NCBI RefSeq assembly: GCF_036588685.1
Contig: NC_086382.1
Coordinates: forward strand, 69,378,001-69,442,000
From: Mytilus trossulus
Lineage: Eukaryota
Direction: 5' to 3'
DNA: 64,000 nucleotides
Shown: piece by piece, positions 54,101 to 64,000 of the stretch
Layout: every line of letters starts with the position of its first letter
Position numbering within the stretch: position 1 is the stretch's first letter
Made by a program: the position numbers and the translations under genes
Notes under the pieces: model-generated
Told to the model about the DNA's origin: nothing
Databases searched by the model: none
Seen by the model: the letters and a program-made list of their open reading frames with translations, nothing else

Positions 54101-57100
54101 ACAGTTTATTTTATGATGTATTTAAATGAGTAGTTATTGTTGCAAACTCCATTAGAATATTTTAATTGAGATTAGTTTTGGAATAAGGGAAAGGGGGATA
54201 TGATTAAAAAATAAGGTTCAATTTTTCTCATTTGAAATTTCATAAATAAAAAGAAAATTCCTTCAAACATTATTTTGAGAGGATTAATATTGAACAGCAT
54301 AGTGAATTGCTCTAAGAGAAAACAAAAAATTTAAGTTCATTAGAACACATTCATTCTGTGTCAGAAACCTATGCTGTGTCAACTATTTAATCACAATCCA
54401 AATTTAGAGCTGAATCCAGCTTGAATGTTGTGTCCATACTTGCCCCAACCGTTCAGGGTTCAACCTCTGCGGTCGTATAAAGCTACGCCCTGCGAAGCAT
54501 CTGGTTTTTATATGTATTGCATTAAATATGTTTATTTTATATGTATTGCATTTAAAAATATGTTTATTTTATATGTATTGCATTAAATATGTTAATTTTA
54601 TGTATACCGTTAGACTTGTACCTATATAATATATATAGATTATAAATTGTTATTGTAGAGAACTGAGTAAATTGACACCAGCTGGAATGAATATGCAATC
54701 CAAGAGAGATTATTCTCTGACTGATAAAAGAGGTAGGATATATGGCTGCCTATTTACATGGTTATTTTATATTGTTCACTTTATGTCCAGTAGCAAATAT
54801 TTCATCAGATGAGATGTGGCTGCAATATTTATACAATCCATACAGGCAATCAGACCCCACTTTGACAAGGGTTTAACTGCCTAAAGTCTAAAGTCCATGG
54901 CATGAACATATTTCTTTACCCTAATCAACCCTTCTGAGATTGATATATACATGAGGAAAGACACATATAAAAGTTTTTAATATCAATGCCTTAAAATAAT
55001 ATTTTTAAGTCTATAAAGGTTCAGTAAAAAATTACAGAATTATTCATTAAATAATTTATCGAAGTCAAACACTTAAAAGAAAATATCTAAAATGTATGAT
55101 AATTGTATTACAGCAGAGAAGTTATGTCGTGAATGTTGTAGAAGACTAGCTACCTGTAAATGTGACAGATGTGATTTCATCTTGTGTAAGATCTGTTTTA
55201 ATCAGGTATGCATTTAATTATGGAATAAAATTGAAAATGAAATGGGGAATTTGTCTAAGAGACAACAACTCAACCACATTTTCATTTGAAATATTCTTCA
55301 TAGAACATGCCCCTTTGTGATATCTATTGCCATTCAATTCAGATAACCTTTATCTTTCACTGAAGGCTTGGCATTTTCCCCTCAAAGCTCAACAAAAAAA
55401 CGATGGTGAACCTCATTGCATAAAAGTCAATTTAATAAAAAGATTTTCCCAGATTTTATATCATATATTAAGGTACTTACCTGACATATGTACTTTAGGA
55501 TTTCAATCTCGTTGGTATTAGACTCGACCGGAAGTTCAAAACGCGCGGGAACCAGATGTTATGCTACATCCGGTTTCCCATGAACTTATCAGTTTTCTTT
55601 CTCGGCGGCTTGAAAGATAGTCGTGTATTACGTGCTCGTAATTTCTGCCGTTTGAGATGGCAGAAGAAAATAGAAACGGAGATATTTCTCCGGTGGAAGA
55701 AGATACTTTGGAGGATTCCTCTTGTGAAGGGCAGAAGCCACCTTCATCTTCGTCTGTAGTTACGAAGAAAAAGAGGAAGTCGAGGTCCAAGTATTCGGAG
55801 TTAGAAGATAAGTGGAACACAAAGTTCGGAAACTTAAATAGTAAGTTAGATAGCATGTTTGACTTGTTAAAGGGTGAACTAACAGCTAGACATGTACAGA
55901 CAAGTACCGCAAATGGTGACAATATAAATACGTCTGATAATTCACTGTCACAAAGACAGTCCAGTTCAAGTCTGACACAAAGACAGACGAGTAAAAGTCA
56001 GTCACAAAGATCGACACTTAGGTCTAGAGATTCAGATAATGAATCAGCTGATGATCGTGATGATGTAATGTCTTTGCAACCAGTTCAAAACGAAGTTTTG
56101 GGTTCAGGGACAGAGTCTGACAATGAAGGCTCTAATGATGAACAGTTGTCAAGTAAGGCAAAGAAATGTTTATTTGATATTTTTGGTGAGGATGCCATTG
56201 CCAAGAAAACAGAGAAAAAAATTGGCATTACAATGGATGATTCTCAAAAAGAGGTTCTAATGGGTCACTGGTGTGCACTCAAACCTAATTTAGTATCAGC
56301 ATTTGCTGAAGAAACTAAAGAACTATTTCCTGTTGATGAGGAAACAGAAAAATTCCTTCAGGTACCAACTTTAGATGATTTCATTGGAAATTGTTTAGTT
56401 AAAAGACATGGCAGTAAAGCATCTTTTTCTAAAGGAAAAAATTTATGCTCCCAACCTTACAAAATGCTTGAGAAAATAGCATATAGAGGACAGCAAGCAA
56501 GTTTCATGGGTATTGTCATTTGCATGTATATGCAACAGAGTCTTGGTAATTTATTAGAATTATTATCTGATGAGACGCCTAACATTGATAAAGCTATTCA
56601 ACAAGTAAGGGACATTTTTGCTATGTCCACGAAAGAGTTGGATCAAGCTGGTAGAGCAGGTGCGTTTCACCATATTTTGAGACGTCAAATGTGTATGACT
56701 GATACATCCATGTTTCTACTTCATGATTCTAGAGACATTTCAGATTTGCCTCTGACTGGAGGTGTTTTTGGGGATAACTTAGTTTCTGCTTTAAAAGCTA
56801 GAAAAGACAAAGATAAAACTCTTGATGATTTGTTGCCTGATATTTTCCCAAAAGACAGGAAAAGGAAAACACCTTCAACAGAGGATTCTAGTAAAGCTAA
56901 AAAGGCTAAAATAGAGAAATCAGATCAAAACAAAGACAAGTCATCTGAGAATTTTCTTATCCCAAAACAGTCTTCCAACACAGGACCTAGAAAGTTCACC
57001 AAAAAGACAGAGGATGGAAAATTCTCCAAACCAGATACTGGTTACAAGAAGACTCCCTTTCCGGCTAGAGGAGGGAAGTCCTTTAGAAAATGACAAGGTG

Positions 57101-60100
57101 AGAATAGTGTTGTTTCCGGAGATACCAGTAGGTGGTCGTCTTTTTCATTTTCTCCCAAAATGGGAAGAAATTACAAAGGACAAATGGGTTTTGGCTATAA
57201 TTCAAAATGGTTACAAACTGGAATTTTTACAAAAACCTCCGTTTTTAGGAATCAAAAAGACATTTGTAAATGTCACAAATTTGGAAATTCTAAAACAAGA
57301 AGTAAAAAGTTTATTAGAAAAAGACGCTGTAGAAATTGTGCAAAAAACACATGTTCAGACAGGTTTCTACAGCACACTTTTCTTAGTAGAAAAGAAAAAC
57401 GGAAAATTAAGACCCGTAATAAATTTACGACCACTGAACCAGTATCTCAAGAAACAACACTTCAAAATGGATACAATGACCAAGGTTTTAAATTTAGTCA
57501 AGAAAGGAGACTGGGCTTGTTCTCTCGATTTACAAGATGCTTATTTACATGTACCAATCTTTCCAAAACATCGAAAATATCTAAGGTTTGCAATAGACGA
57601 AACAGTGTATCAGTTCAAAGTACTATGTTTCGGTCCAACAAGCTCACCTCGGGTATTTACAAAGATAGTCTCAGTTGTAGCAGCACATCTGAGAAAACTA
57701 GGTATAAGATTAGCAGTGTACCTAGACGATTGGCTTTTAGTCGATCAACAAAAATCTGCACTTGTAAAAAATCGAGACACAACCATCAGTCTCCTTACTT
57801 CTCTAGGTTTTATAATAAACACAGAAAAGTCAGAATTAATTCCTACTCAAACAATAACATACATAGGAGGACTATTCAGACTAGATCTTGGACTAGTGTA
57901 TCCAACTCCAGAGAGAATCAAAAACTTAAAAATAACAATTATTCAGTTAATGAGGGGTCAAATAACAGCAAGACATTATTTGAAACTGCTGGGCATAATA
58001 GCATCCTGCCTAGAATTGATTCCCAACAGTCGTTTGTTCATGAGACCAATTCAAATGCACTTGTTACAAGTTTGGAGACCCTCCAAAATGAGTCTGGAAT
58101 ATCAAATTCCTTGTACACAAGAGCTAAAAGCTCATCTAGCATGGTGGTTGTGCCAAGCAAACACTATGAAAGGGCGGTCTCTATATCAAGGGGCAACAAG
58201 TGTAACAATCACAACAGATGCCTCGATGACAGGTTGGGGGGGTCATTTAGGGACTCAAACTGTTCAGGGTCTGTGGTCAACAAATCAATTGAGATTGCTC
58301 AAACACATAAACAATCTGGAGTTGGAAGCAGTATTTCTAACAGTCAAACATTTCCTGCCTGTTTTGAAAAACAAACATGTACTAATTCTGTCAGACAATA
58401 CAACGGTAGTACAGTACATAAACAAACAGGGAGGAACAAAATCGATTCAGCTTTGCAGTCAGACATGGAATCTCTGGAATATGGTTTTGAGACACAAAAT
58501 TGTAATCAAAGCAGCCCACATTGCGGGGGTAAAAAATGTTCTAGCAGATCAACTGAGCAGGATCAAAGTAAGACCAACAGAATGGTCTCTGAACAAGGCA
58601 GTGATAAACAAGATTTTCTTGGAATGGGGATCACCAACAATAGATCTGTTTGCCTCGGCTCAGAATCACAAGTGTCCAGTGTTTTGTGCTTGGGATCAAG
58701 ATCCAACAGCACTGACACAGGATGCCCTAGCAATCGGATGGGACAGGATGTTTGCTTATGCTTACCCTCATCTATCCCTAATTCCGAAAGTGTTACAACA
58801 CATGATAGATTATCAATGCGAGATGATTCTAATAGCACCTTTTTGGCCAAAACAATGGTGGTATCCACAGTTACTACAACTGTTGATAGCACAACCCCTA
58901 CTATTACCTCAATGGGAAAATCTGCTAGAACAAGGTCAGGGAAGATTAAAAATAGTTCATCCAAATCCAGAGATATTCAACCTGACTGCATGGCGAATAT
59001 CGACAAACAATTTAAAGCAAAAGGCTTTTCAGAAAACACTAGAAAATTATTATCTGCCTCATGGAGATCTGGTACACACAAAGACTACAAATGTAAATTT
59101 AGACAATTCAGTAGCTGGTGTAATCAATGGAAAATTGATCCATATGTTGCAACTTTAGAAGAGTGTGCAAATTTTTTAGCATCTTTATTTGATAAGGGGT
59201 TAAAATATAGAACAATTGCAGGATACCGATCAATGTTATCCTCTGTGTTGCCTCCTGTTGATAAGACACCAGTAGGACAACATCCTTACATTATCAGACT
59301 TTTAAGAGGGGTGTTTAACAGTAGACCACCTGAGCGCAAATTGCTGCCAGAATGGGATTTACCACTTGTTTTGGACATGTTCAAGAAACCTCCTTTTCAT
59401 GCTTTTACTCCGATGAGATTAGCTAGCCTAAAGCATCTTACATGGAAAACTGCCTTTTTAATAGCTATTACAACTTTTCGAAGGTGTAGTGACTTACAAG
59501 CTTTTAAACTAGGCGAAGGCTCTGTCAATATTCAAGAAAAAGGAGTTACTTTTTTGAGACATGGTTTAGCTAAACAAGATAGAGCTTATCATGACAATTC
59601 AAAAATTTTCATACCAGCTTTTCCAGAGAGCAAATTATTAGATCCAAAAAGAACTCTTTACATGTATCTGAAAAGAACAGATGAACTGAGACAAAATGGG
59701 GAAAAACAAGAATTTAAATTGTTTTTATCAATTAACAAGCCTCATAAACCAGTAACAGCTCAAACAATATCACATTGGATAGTGAAAACTATCAAGATGG
59801 CTTACAAGCAGAATAAAAAGCAAACAGGCAAAGTAAGAGGTCATTCAACTAGGTCAATAGGACCATCATGGGCCCTTTTTAAGGGATTTAGTATGAAAAA
59901 TGTGTTGGATAGTGCAGATTGGGCAAAATCCACAACATTTACTAAGTTCTATTTAAAAGATGTTAATGTAAATTTTTTAAATTTGTAGGATGAAGAATGA
60001 GTTCTTCCTCGGCGAGTCGCTGAGGGAGAGTGTATATATGTTTTTCGTTATGTGGGAATGGTGGTGGATTTTAAATGCACATAGATGACAGTTTGCCTGA

Positions 60101-63100
60101 GTGTTTAAAAACACAGGTTTTTAACGGCCAATCTGTATGATCAGATGTTTTTCAACGTTGTTGAAATAAATATAAACTACGGAACTACATAGTAAGTGTA
60201 CGTATTTCCATGTATAATAAGTTGTATATACTAGAGTTTATAGTTTGTGATTTATTGGAAGAAGAAGTATTTTAAGAAAACTTTTTGTCAAAACTTCCTG
60301 CTACAAATTATTGCTTTGTAATCAATAGAAATCCTAAAGTACATATGTCAGGTAAGTACCTTAATTTATGATATAAAATTCAAAAATTTGAACTCAAATT
60401 CAAATTTTATGAATAAATTATACTTACCTGACATATGTACTACCCACCCTTCCTCCCCAGGAAGTTTTTAAGTTTTCTTAACGGGGTCTTTCAAGCCGCC
60501 GTGAGAAAACTGATAAGTTCATGGGAAACCGGATGTAGCATAACATCTGGTTCCCGCGCGTTTTGAACTTCCGGTCGAGTCTAATACCAACGAGATTGAA
60601 ATCCTAAAGTACATATGTCAGGTAAGTATAATTTATTCATAAAATTTGAATTTGAGTTCAAATTTTTGAATTTTTATACCGTGAAAATTGGCCAAACTCA
60701 ACAACATTCTCTGTGGAAGATACAATTTTGTGTAAGAATATAAAGGTACTCTGTAAACAGGAAGTTGTTAAGCAATGAGTCTGAAAACATAACTTTATAT
60801 GGCATGCTGACACAAGACTTGCAACAAAATTTCAGGCAACTTTTTTGTTGTTACTGAGAAAAATGTAACAAGGTGGACAGATGGTGACACCAGTATACAT
60901 GTCTCCTTTCTGAGGGGGTATGATTAATGTTGGAGCTATAAAACTGAAGGAGGTGACAGCAACATTCCCCATGGAGGGTACAATTATGTGTTCTTAACTC
61001 TATTCGTTAATTACTTAGTACATTCAGACTCAGGAGATAAACTTTAGAACTGATATGATATATAATTGTTATGTTTTCATTGGTTTGCTTGTCATTTAGA
61101 TAGAGATTTATCCAGTTAGCATATTTTAACTTTCTTACAGATTCATGGCTCATCTAATACTCTCCGACAACATCAAGCTATACCTTTATCACAGGAAGAA
61201 AGGTAAGTATTTTATGAAAAAAGAAAATTTATCAGAAAACGAAAAATAGGTGAAAATGATATTTTTGTTAATTTTTTCTCAAAACTTGTAACTAATTCAA
61301 AATAAACTTTTCTCTATAAAACTTTACAATATATAATATTTTGTTATGTATGTTAGTGGATCAATTAACTCTATCAATGAACTATTTGTGAAAAGAACAT
61401 ATTTTTGTTGTTGTAGTAACACCACTTGCCAGTTAGAAGTCTCCTCTACATGTGCCATACACGATGGTAAACTGATAGAGTATTATTGTGAGGATGACCA
61501 TACACCAGTCTGTTCAAGATGTGTTATCACTGGAGAACATAAAAACCATTCTATATTGTCTATGGAAGAAAAGGTAAAGTATATAAGTGCCTCAATCTGA
61601 TGTAGAACATAAATATTTCTCTATTGCTTTTGATAGAAAAGATACAAGATCCTTAAACCTCTTTGAATGCTCTCTTGCTTGATCAGTTTTCAAGAGATTT
61701 TTACAATGACTGAAAGAAAAAGCATAAATATTTGCTTGACTTAACATTGTTGCATTAGTCAAATGCACTTATCGGCCTAGTTACATTGAAAATAGTGATA
61801 GTATTTGAATTAAAAAAAGTTTGTACAATTGCTTAATTATGTCAAGAAATTCTAGATTTGTTTATTTATTTTTTCAGAATAAAGTTGTCGTCTCGGAAAT
61901 GGAACCAGCTATGCAGACTGCTAGTAGAGTTATTAAAAAGTTGAAAAAGGCAGAGAAGGTAACTATGTCATCATGGTCTGACATGAAAAGGTTGAAATGG
62001 GTGTATAAAAAAATATAAAAATAAGAAATATATTCTGTATGATATGTACAGTGGTCTTATAAAAAAATACTGTGAAAGTACTTTAATTCGTGGGTATCAA
62101 TTTTCGTGGTTTGAGCAATATTTACATGTTCATGGGTTTTTAAATTCAAGGATTTTAGTTTTCAAAAAAAAAAAGATGAAAAATAAAAGCCTTTAAAAAC
62201 AAAGGTTACAAATAGTCTGGATTGAAGAAAATTGCAAAGAAAATATTGACCCGTGTAAATCATAGTAACAACACTAATTAATCCAAGATAAAGTGACCAA
62301 CACATTAAAGACCATCAAAGGTGTTAATTAGGCCATAAACATGTCACCTAAAGAAAACTATAACATAAACAAATTTTATGAACGTATCTTGAATTGTCAA
62401 ATAATGCTATTACAGTATTCTCATATTTAGCGTTATTTAATATATTCTCTAGATCATATCAGTGGTCAAACCTACATGGGAATCTTTCCATGTCTTGATT
62501 TAGACAATGGTTGTTTTATTTCGTTGGTCACTTAAATTCGTGGATAAAGTCATCCACGAAAACCACGAAAATTGGTACCCCACGAATAAAAGTACTTTCA
62601 CAGTATATCAGTAAATGACAAATTGAAGTCCTAAGGTTTTTGCATTGACTTTTATTATTCCACCATAAAATTTTGTTTATCTTGGTGTTCAAACAGTAAG
62701 AGTTTGGTGTCTAATACATTATACATCTGAACTTGTATAAAATCACAACGGATGTTTAATTATATTTTTCTGAAAATCTCTCTCATTAAATCACCATGTA
62801 TAATTTTCAGTCCCTCTCAGGGTTATTACCCGACATGAAGGGGGAAACCACAGAAGTCATACAAGAGATCACCACCTATTACACTGGTCTACATGGAGTT
62901 TTACAGGCAAGAGAGAAACAGCTAATACAACAAGTATATGATGCATTTAAGGCCGGAGTGGAACCATTACATGACCTGGTAGGTACATAGGATAATATTT
63001 GCGACTTTTGATGGTTTTGTGGAACTGTGGATTTATAATTTTTTATTTGTGAATGTCAATCTTTGGTAAAGAAGGTAAACAACGTATTTAAGTGACCAAT

Positions 63101-63719
63101 GAAGTATGTATTTTATACAGGCTTGTATGCAGACTTATCAAAGTCACATGATCAAAAATCAATGAAATACCTTCTCCAATCCCTAAAAATGATCTGCAGT
63201 ATTTTAAAACCAGAAATTTTAATTTGAGGAGAAATACAAGCTTTTCTTTGATTAATTCCATTTTTTAAAATTTGACAAATAATTAAAACTCTTATTCAAT
63301 TCAATTCAATTCAAAGCTTTATTTATAGTCGACATGTCACATAACAAATAAACATAAGCTCTTTGAGCTTTTATAACCAACAAATACATACATTTACATA
63401 ATAATGGTACACAATAAAAGTATTAAAACATAAAAGACATAGAACATACATTTCATGCACATTTAGGCTGAACTAATTTAAATACTGTTTATTACATACA
63501 TTTGTACATGCATGAGCACTAAGCTAAAAGCATTCTTTTAGACATTAGAATATAAACCAAAGAAAATCCCAAACATGTAGTATCTGCAAAATTATAAAAA
63601 TTTCTAAGTATGTGTACAGTTTTGCAGTATCCAGATGGTTTTCTTATTATCAATTTAACTCTTTTATCAGAAACAAGAAATGCAGGACAATCTAAAACAG
63701 TTAGAGAGTGCAGTTAAAG
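42162..63719 (+). CDS. TRIM-type RING/B-box1/B-box2/coiled-coil protein, 5' part (continues past the window); possibly RNF17/qin-like
   Basis: Exons 42162-42213, 45659-45777, 46017-46114, 54659-54732, 55114-55205, 61141-61202, 61417-61573, 61878-61958, 62811-62978, 63671-63719; all GT-AG and phase-compatible (~317 aa). RING CPKC..CGHTFC..C..CPTC; B-box1 CREC..CDRC..CKIC..IH..H; B-box2 CAIH..YYCEDD..VCSRC..HKNH. Confidence 0.88.
42688..43060 (+). mobile_element. Possible tRNA-derived SINE
   Basis: A-box-like tggtctagtgg (~42697) and B-box-like gtttgattctc (~42746); no intact cloverleaf. Confidence 0.4.
44643..44942. mobile_element. SINE-like interspersed repeat, same family as 34800-35228
   Basis: gaaggtcaccaacaggtctt..cacccggagg.gtccttcagctggcccctaaacaaat..ctcccccta. 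Confidence 0.7.
46111..47918 (+). repeat. Minisatellite, ~50-56-bp unit x~35, with internal variable (AT)n; unit contains the exon-3 splice donor
   Basis: Unit atc(a/t)gtaagtcacattgg(t/g)cataaggccaagataat(at)n ctaa. Confidence 0.95.
52385..53440. mobile_element. Foldback-type TIR element with 8-bp TSD
   Basis: TSD cttcaaat at 52377-52384 and 53441-53448; long imperfect TIRs built of tcgccccac / gtggggcga motifs; GGAA..TTCC ends. Confidence 0.8.
52548..52747. mobile_element. 200-bp hAT-like MITE
   Basis: TIR cagggttctc(a/g)ctaagg, 16/17 match; imperfect TSD tttaa(t)at. Confidence 0.8.
55657..57093 (+). CDS. DIRS ORF1 (gag-like), 478 aa
   Basis: First ORF after the left ITR; N-terminal coiled-coil/Ser-rich region and basic C-terminus. 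Confidence 0.85.
   Translation: MAEENRNGDISPVEEDTLEDSSCEGQKPPSSSSVVTKKKRKSRSKYSELEDKWNTKFGNLNSKLDSMFDLLKGELTARHVQTSTANGDNINTSDNSLSQRQSSSSLTQRQTSKSQSQRSTLRSRDSDNESADDRDDVMSLQPVQNEVLGSGTESDNEGSNDEQLSSKAKKCLFDIFGEDAIAKKTEKKIGITMDDSQKEVLMGHWCALKPNLVSAFAEETKELFPVDEETEKFLQVPTLDDFIGNCLVKRHGSKASFSKGKNLCSQPYKMLEKIAYRGQQASFMGIVICMYMQQSLGNLLELLSDETPNIDKAIQQVRDIFAMSTKELDQAGRAGAFHHILRRQMCMTDTSMFLLHDSRDISDLPLTGGVFGDNLVSALKARKDKDKTLDDLLPDIFPKDRKRKTPSTEDSSKAKKAKIEKSDQNKDKSSENFLIPKQSSNTGPRKFTKKTEDGKFSKPDTGYKKTPFPARGGKSFRK
57014..59158 (+). CDS. DIRS pol: reverse transcriptase + RNase H + Dam-like methyltransferase, 714 aa
   Basis: DLQDAY, FG..SPRVF, YLDD; TTDAS..GWG, INNLELEAV, SDN, NVLADQLSR; IDLFAS..DAL..W..YAYPH..IAPFWP..WY. 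Confidence 0.95.
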   Translation: MENSPNQILVTRRLPFRLEEGSPLENDKVRIVLFPEIPVGGRLFHFLPKWEEITKDKWVLAIIQNGYKLEFLQKPPFLGIKKTFVNVTNLEILKQEVKSLLEKDAVEIVQKTHVQTGFYSTLFLVEKKNGKLRPVINLRPLNQYLKKQHFKMDTMTKVLNLVKKGDWACSLDLQDAYLHVPIFPKHRKYLRFAIDETVYQFKVLCFGPTSSPRVFTKIVSVVAAHLRKLGIRLAVYLDDWLLVDQQKSALVKNRDTTISLLTSLGFIINTEKSELIPTQTITYIGGLFRLDLGLVYPTPERIKNLKITIIQLMRGQITARHYLKLLGIIASCLELIPNSRLFMRPIQMHLLQVWRPSKMSLEYQIPCTQELKAHLAWWLCQANTMKGRSLYQGATSVTITTDASMTGWGGHLGTQTVQGLWSTNQLRLLKHINNLELEAVFLTVKHFLPVLKNKHVLILSDNTTVVQYINKQGGTKSIQLCSQTWNLWNMVLRHKIVIKAAHIAGVKNVLADQLSRIKVRPTEWSLNKAVINKIFLEWGSPTIDLFASAQNHKCPVFCAWDQDPTALTQDALAIGWDRMFAYAYPHLSLIPKVLQHMIDYQCEMILIAPFWPKQWWYPQLLQLLIAQPLLLPQWENLLEQGQGRLKIVHPNPEIFNLTAWRISTNNLKQKAFQKTLENYYLPHGDLVHTKTTNVNLDNSVAGVINGKLIHMLQL
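57160..59988 (+). CDS. DIRS tyrosine recombinase ORF (YR domain from ~58990; the frame is open across pol)
   Basis: RRCSDL (R), HSTR (HxxR), DW and FTKFY (Y) catalytic motifs; SAM-like N-domain WRSGT..DY..F..WC. Confidence 0.93.
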   Translation: MGRNYKGQMGFGYNSKWLQTGIFTKTSVFRNQKDICKCHKFGNSKTRSKKFIRKRRCRNCAKNTCSDRFLQHTFLSRKEKRKIKTRNKFTTTEPVSQETTLQNGYNDQGFKFSQERRLGLFSRFTRCLFTCTNLSKTSKISKVCNRRNSVSVQSTMFRSNKLTSGIYKDSLSCSSTSEKTRYKISSVPRRLAFSRSTKICTCKKSRHNHQSPYFSRFYNKHRKVRINSYSNNNIHRRTIQTRSWTSVSNSRENQKLKNNNYSVNEGSNNSKTLFETAGHNSILPRIDSQQSFVHETNSNALVTSLETLQNESGISNSLYTRAKSSSSMVVVPSKHYERAVSISRGNKCNNHNRCLDDRLGGSFRDSNCSGSVVNKSIEIAQTHKQSGVGSSISNSQTFPACFEKQTCTNSVRQYNGSTVHKQTGRNKIDSALQSDMESLEYGFETQNCNQSSPHCGGKKCSSRSTEQDQSKTNRMVSEQGSDKQDFLGMGITNNRSVCLGSESQVSSVLCLGSRSNSTDTGCPSNRMGQDVCLCLPSSIPNSESVTTHDRLSMRDDSNSTFLAKTMVVSTVTTTVDSTTPTITSMGKSARTRSGKIKNSSSKSRDIQPDCMANIDKQFKAKGFSENTRKLLSASWRSGTHKDYKCKFRQFSSWCNQWKIDPYVATLEECANFLASLFDKGLKYRTIAGYRSMLSSVLPPVDKTPVGQHPYIIRLLRGVFNSRPPERKLLPEWDLPLVLDMFKKPPFHAFTPMRLASLKHLTWKTAFLIAITTFRRCSDLQAFKLGEGSVNIQEKGVTFLRHGLAKQDRAYHDNSKIFIPAFPESKLLDPKRTLYMYLKRTDELRQNGEKQEFKLFLSINKPHKPVTAQTISHWIVKTIKMAYKQNKKQTGKVRGHSTRSIGPSWALFKGFSMKNVLDSADWAKSTTFTKFYLKDVNVNFLNL
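60328..60441. repeat. DIRS internal complementary region (ICR)
   Basis: Reverse complement of the element's left end joined to the reverse complement of its right-end extension. Confidence 0.92.
62070..62603. mobile_element. Tc1/mariner-type MITE with TA TSD
   Basis: TIR ctgtgaaagtactttaattcgtggg.. / ..cccacgaataaaagtactttcacag, flanked by TA on both sides. Confidence 0.85.
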
Positions 63720-64000
63720 GTAAGGCTATAGAAAATTACAGAAGGGTCTTGGTATATAGGGGCCATCCATAACAAGGCTGACAGTTTATAACAGATAATT
63801 AGATACATTTTGAAGATTTGTTAATCTTTTAGCTATATATATATAGCTATCACTCCACAACCTATCTGTTTTTTTATGTAACAGAAAAATTTACTTGTTT
63901 TTAGTATGAAATATGGTACAAAGACGGCTTCCTCAATGGCCAGGTGCTCTTTTTGAATGTTAGTGAAGGAACAGAAATGATTATGAGTAAAATCATAAAA

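Larger units (their letters stand above)
48350..54446 (+). mobile_element. Non-autonomous Helentron-like element (outer), interrupted by a 4.2-kb insertion
   Basis: Subterminal IR tttatacgaccg (~48351) / cggtcgtataaa (~54470) followed by a 3' hairpin and ctggtt (element ends near 54506); internal ~158-bp x4 and ~269-bp x2 tandem units; splits a tatgtattgcatt minisatellite. Confidence 0.75.
55454..60674 (+). mobile_element. Full-length DIRS1-type tyrosine-recombinase retrotransposon
   Basis: Left ITR ~55454-55617; right ITR ~60487-60674 with 3' extension; internal complementary region 60328-60441; three uninterrupted overlapping ORFs; no TSD. Confidence 0.96.

Noticed and set aside
58563-58964. 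133-aa antisense ORF in DIRS (also 55536-55922)
   Set aside because: Expected by-product of constrained coding sequence; no recognisable motif
60420-60440. U1 snRNA gene
   Set aside because: Only the first 11 nt match; the rest is DIRS ICR sequence

Overview
AT-rich, intron-containing animal genomic DNA. The repeat families, the C1q gene and the FEM1-like expansion suggest a bivalve, probably Mytilus; this is an inference, not verified. Genes: (1) two tandem FEM1-like ankyrin/TPR genes on the minus strand, one frameshifted by a 4-bp insertion that looks like a Tc1 excision footprint; (2) a 4-coding-exon secreted collagen + C1q gene; (3) a cluster of three uncharacterised minus-strand genes sharing an atypical RRM-like domain reminiscent of retroelement ORF1/ZCCHC3, two of which I can splice in frame to unrelated N-terminal exons; (4) the 5' part (10 exons) of a RING-Bbox1-Bbox2-coiled-coil gene, possibly RNF17/qin-like. 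The introns of gene 4 hold a ~35-copy tandem array that amplifies its own 5' splice site, a four-level nest of DNA transposons, and an apparently intact DIRS1-type tyrosine-recombinase retrotransposon. Also present: ~355-nt tandem repeats delimited by type I hammerhead ribozyme motifs (retrozyme-like), a decayed LINE, MITEs and SINE fragments. All calls come from reading the sequence by eye; no database searches were run.
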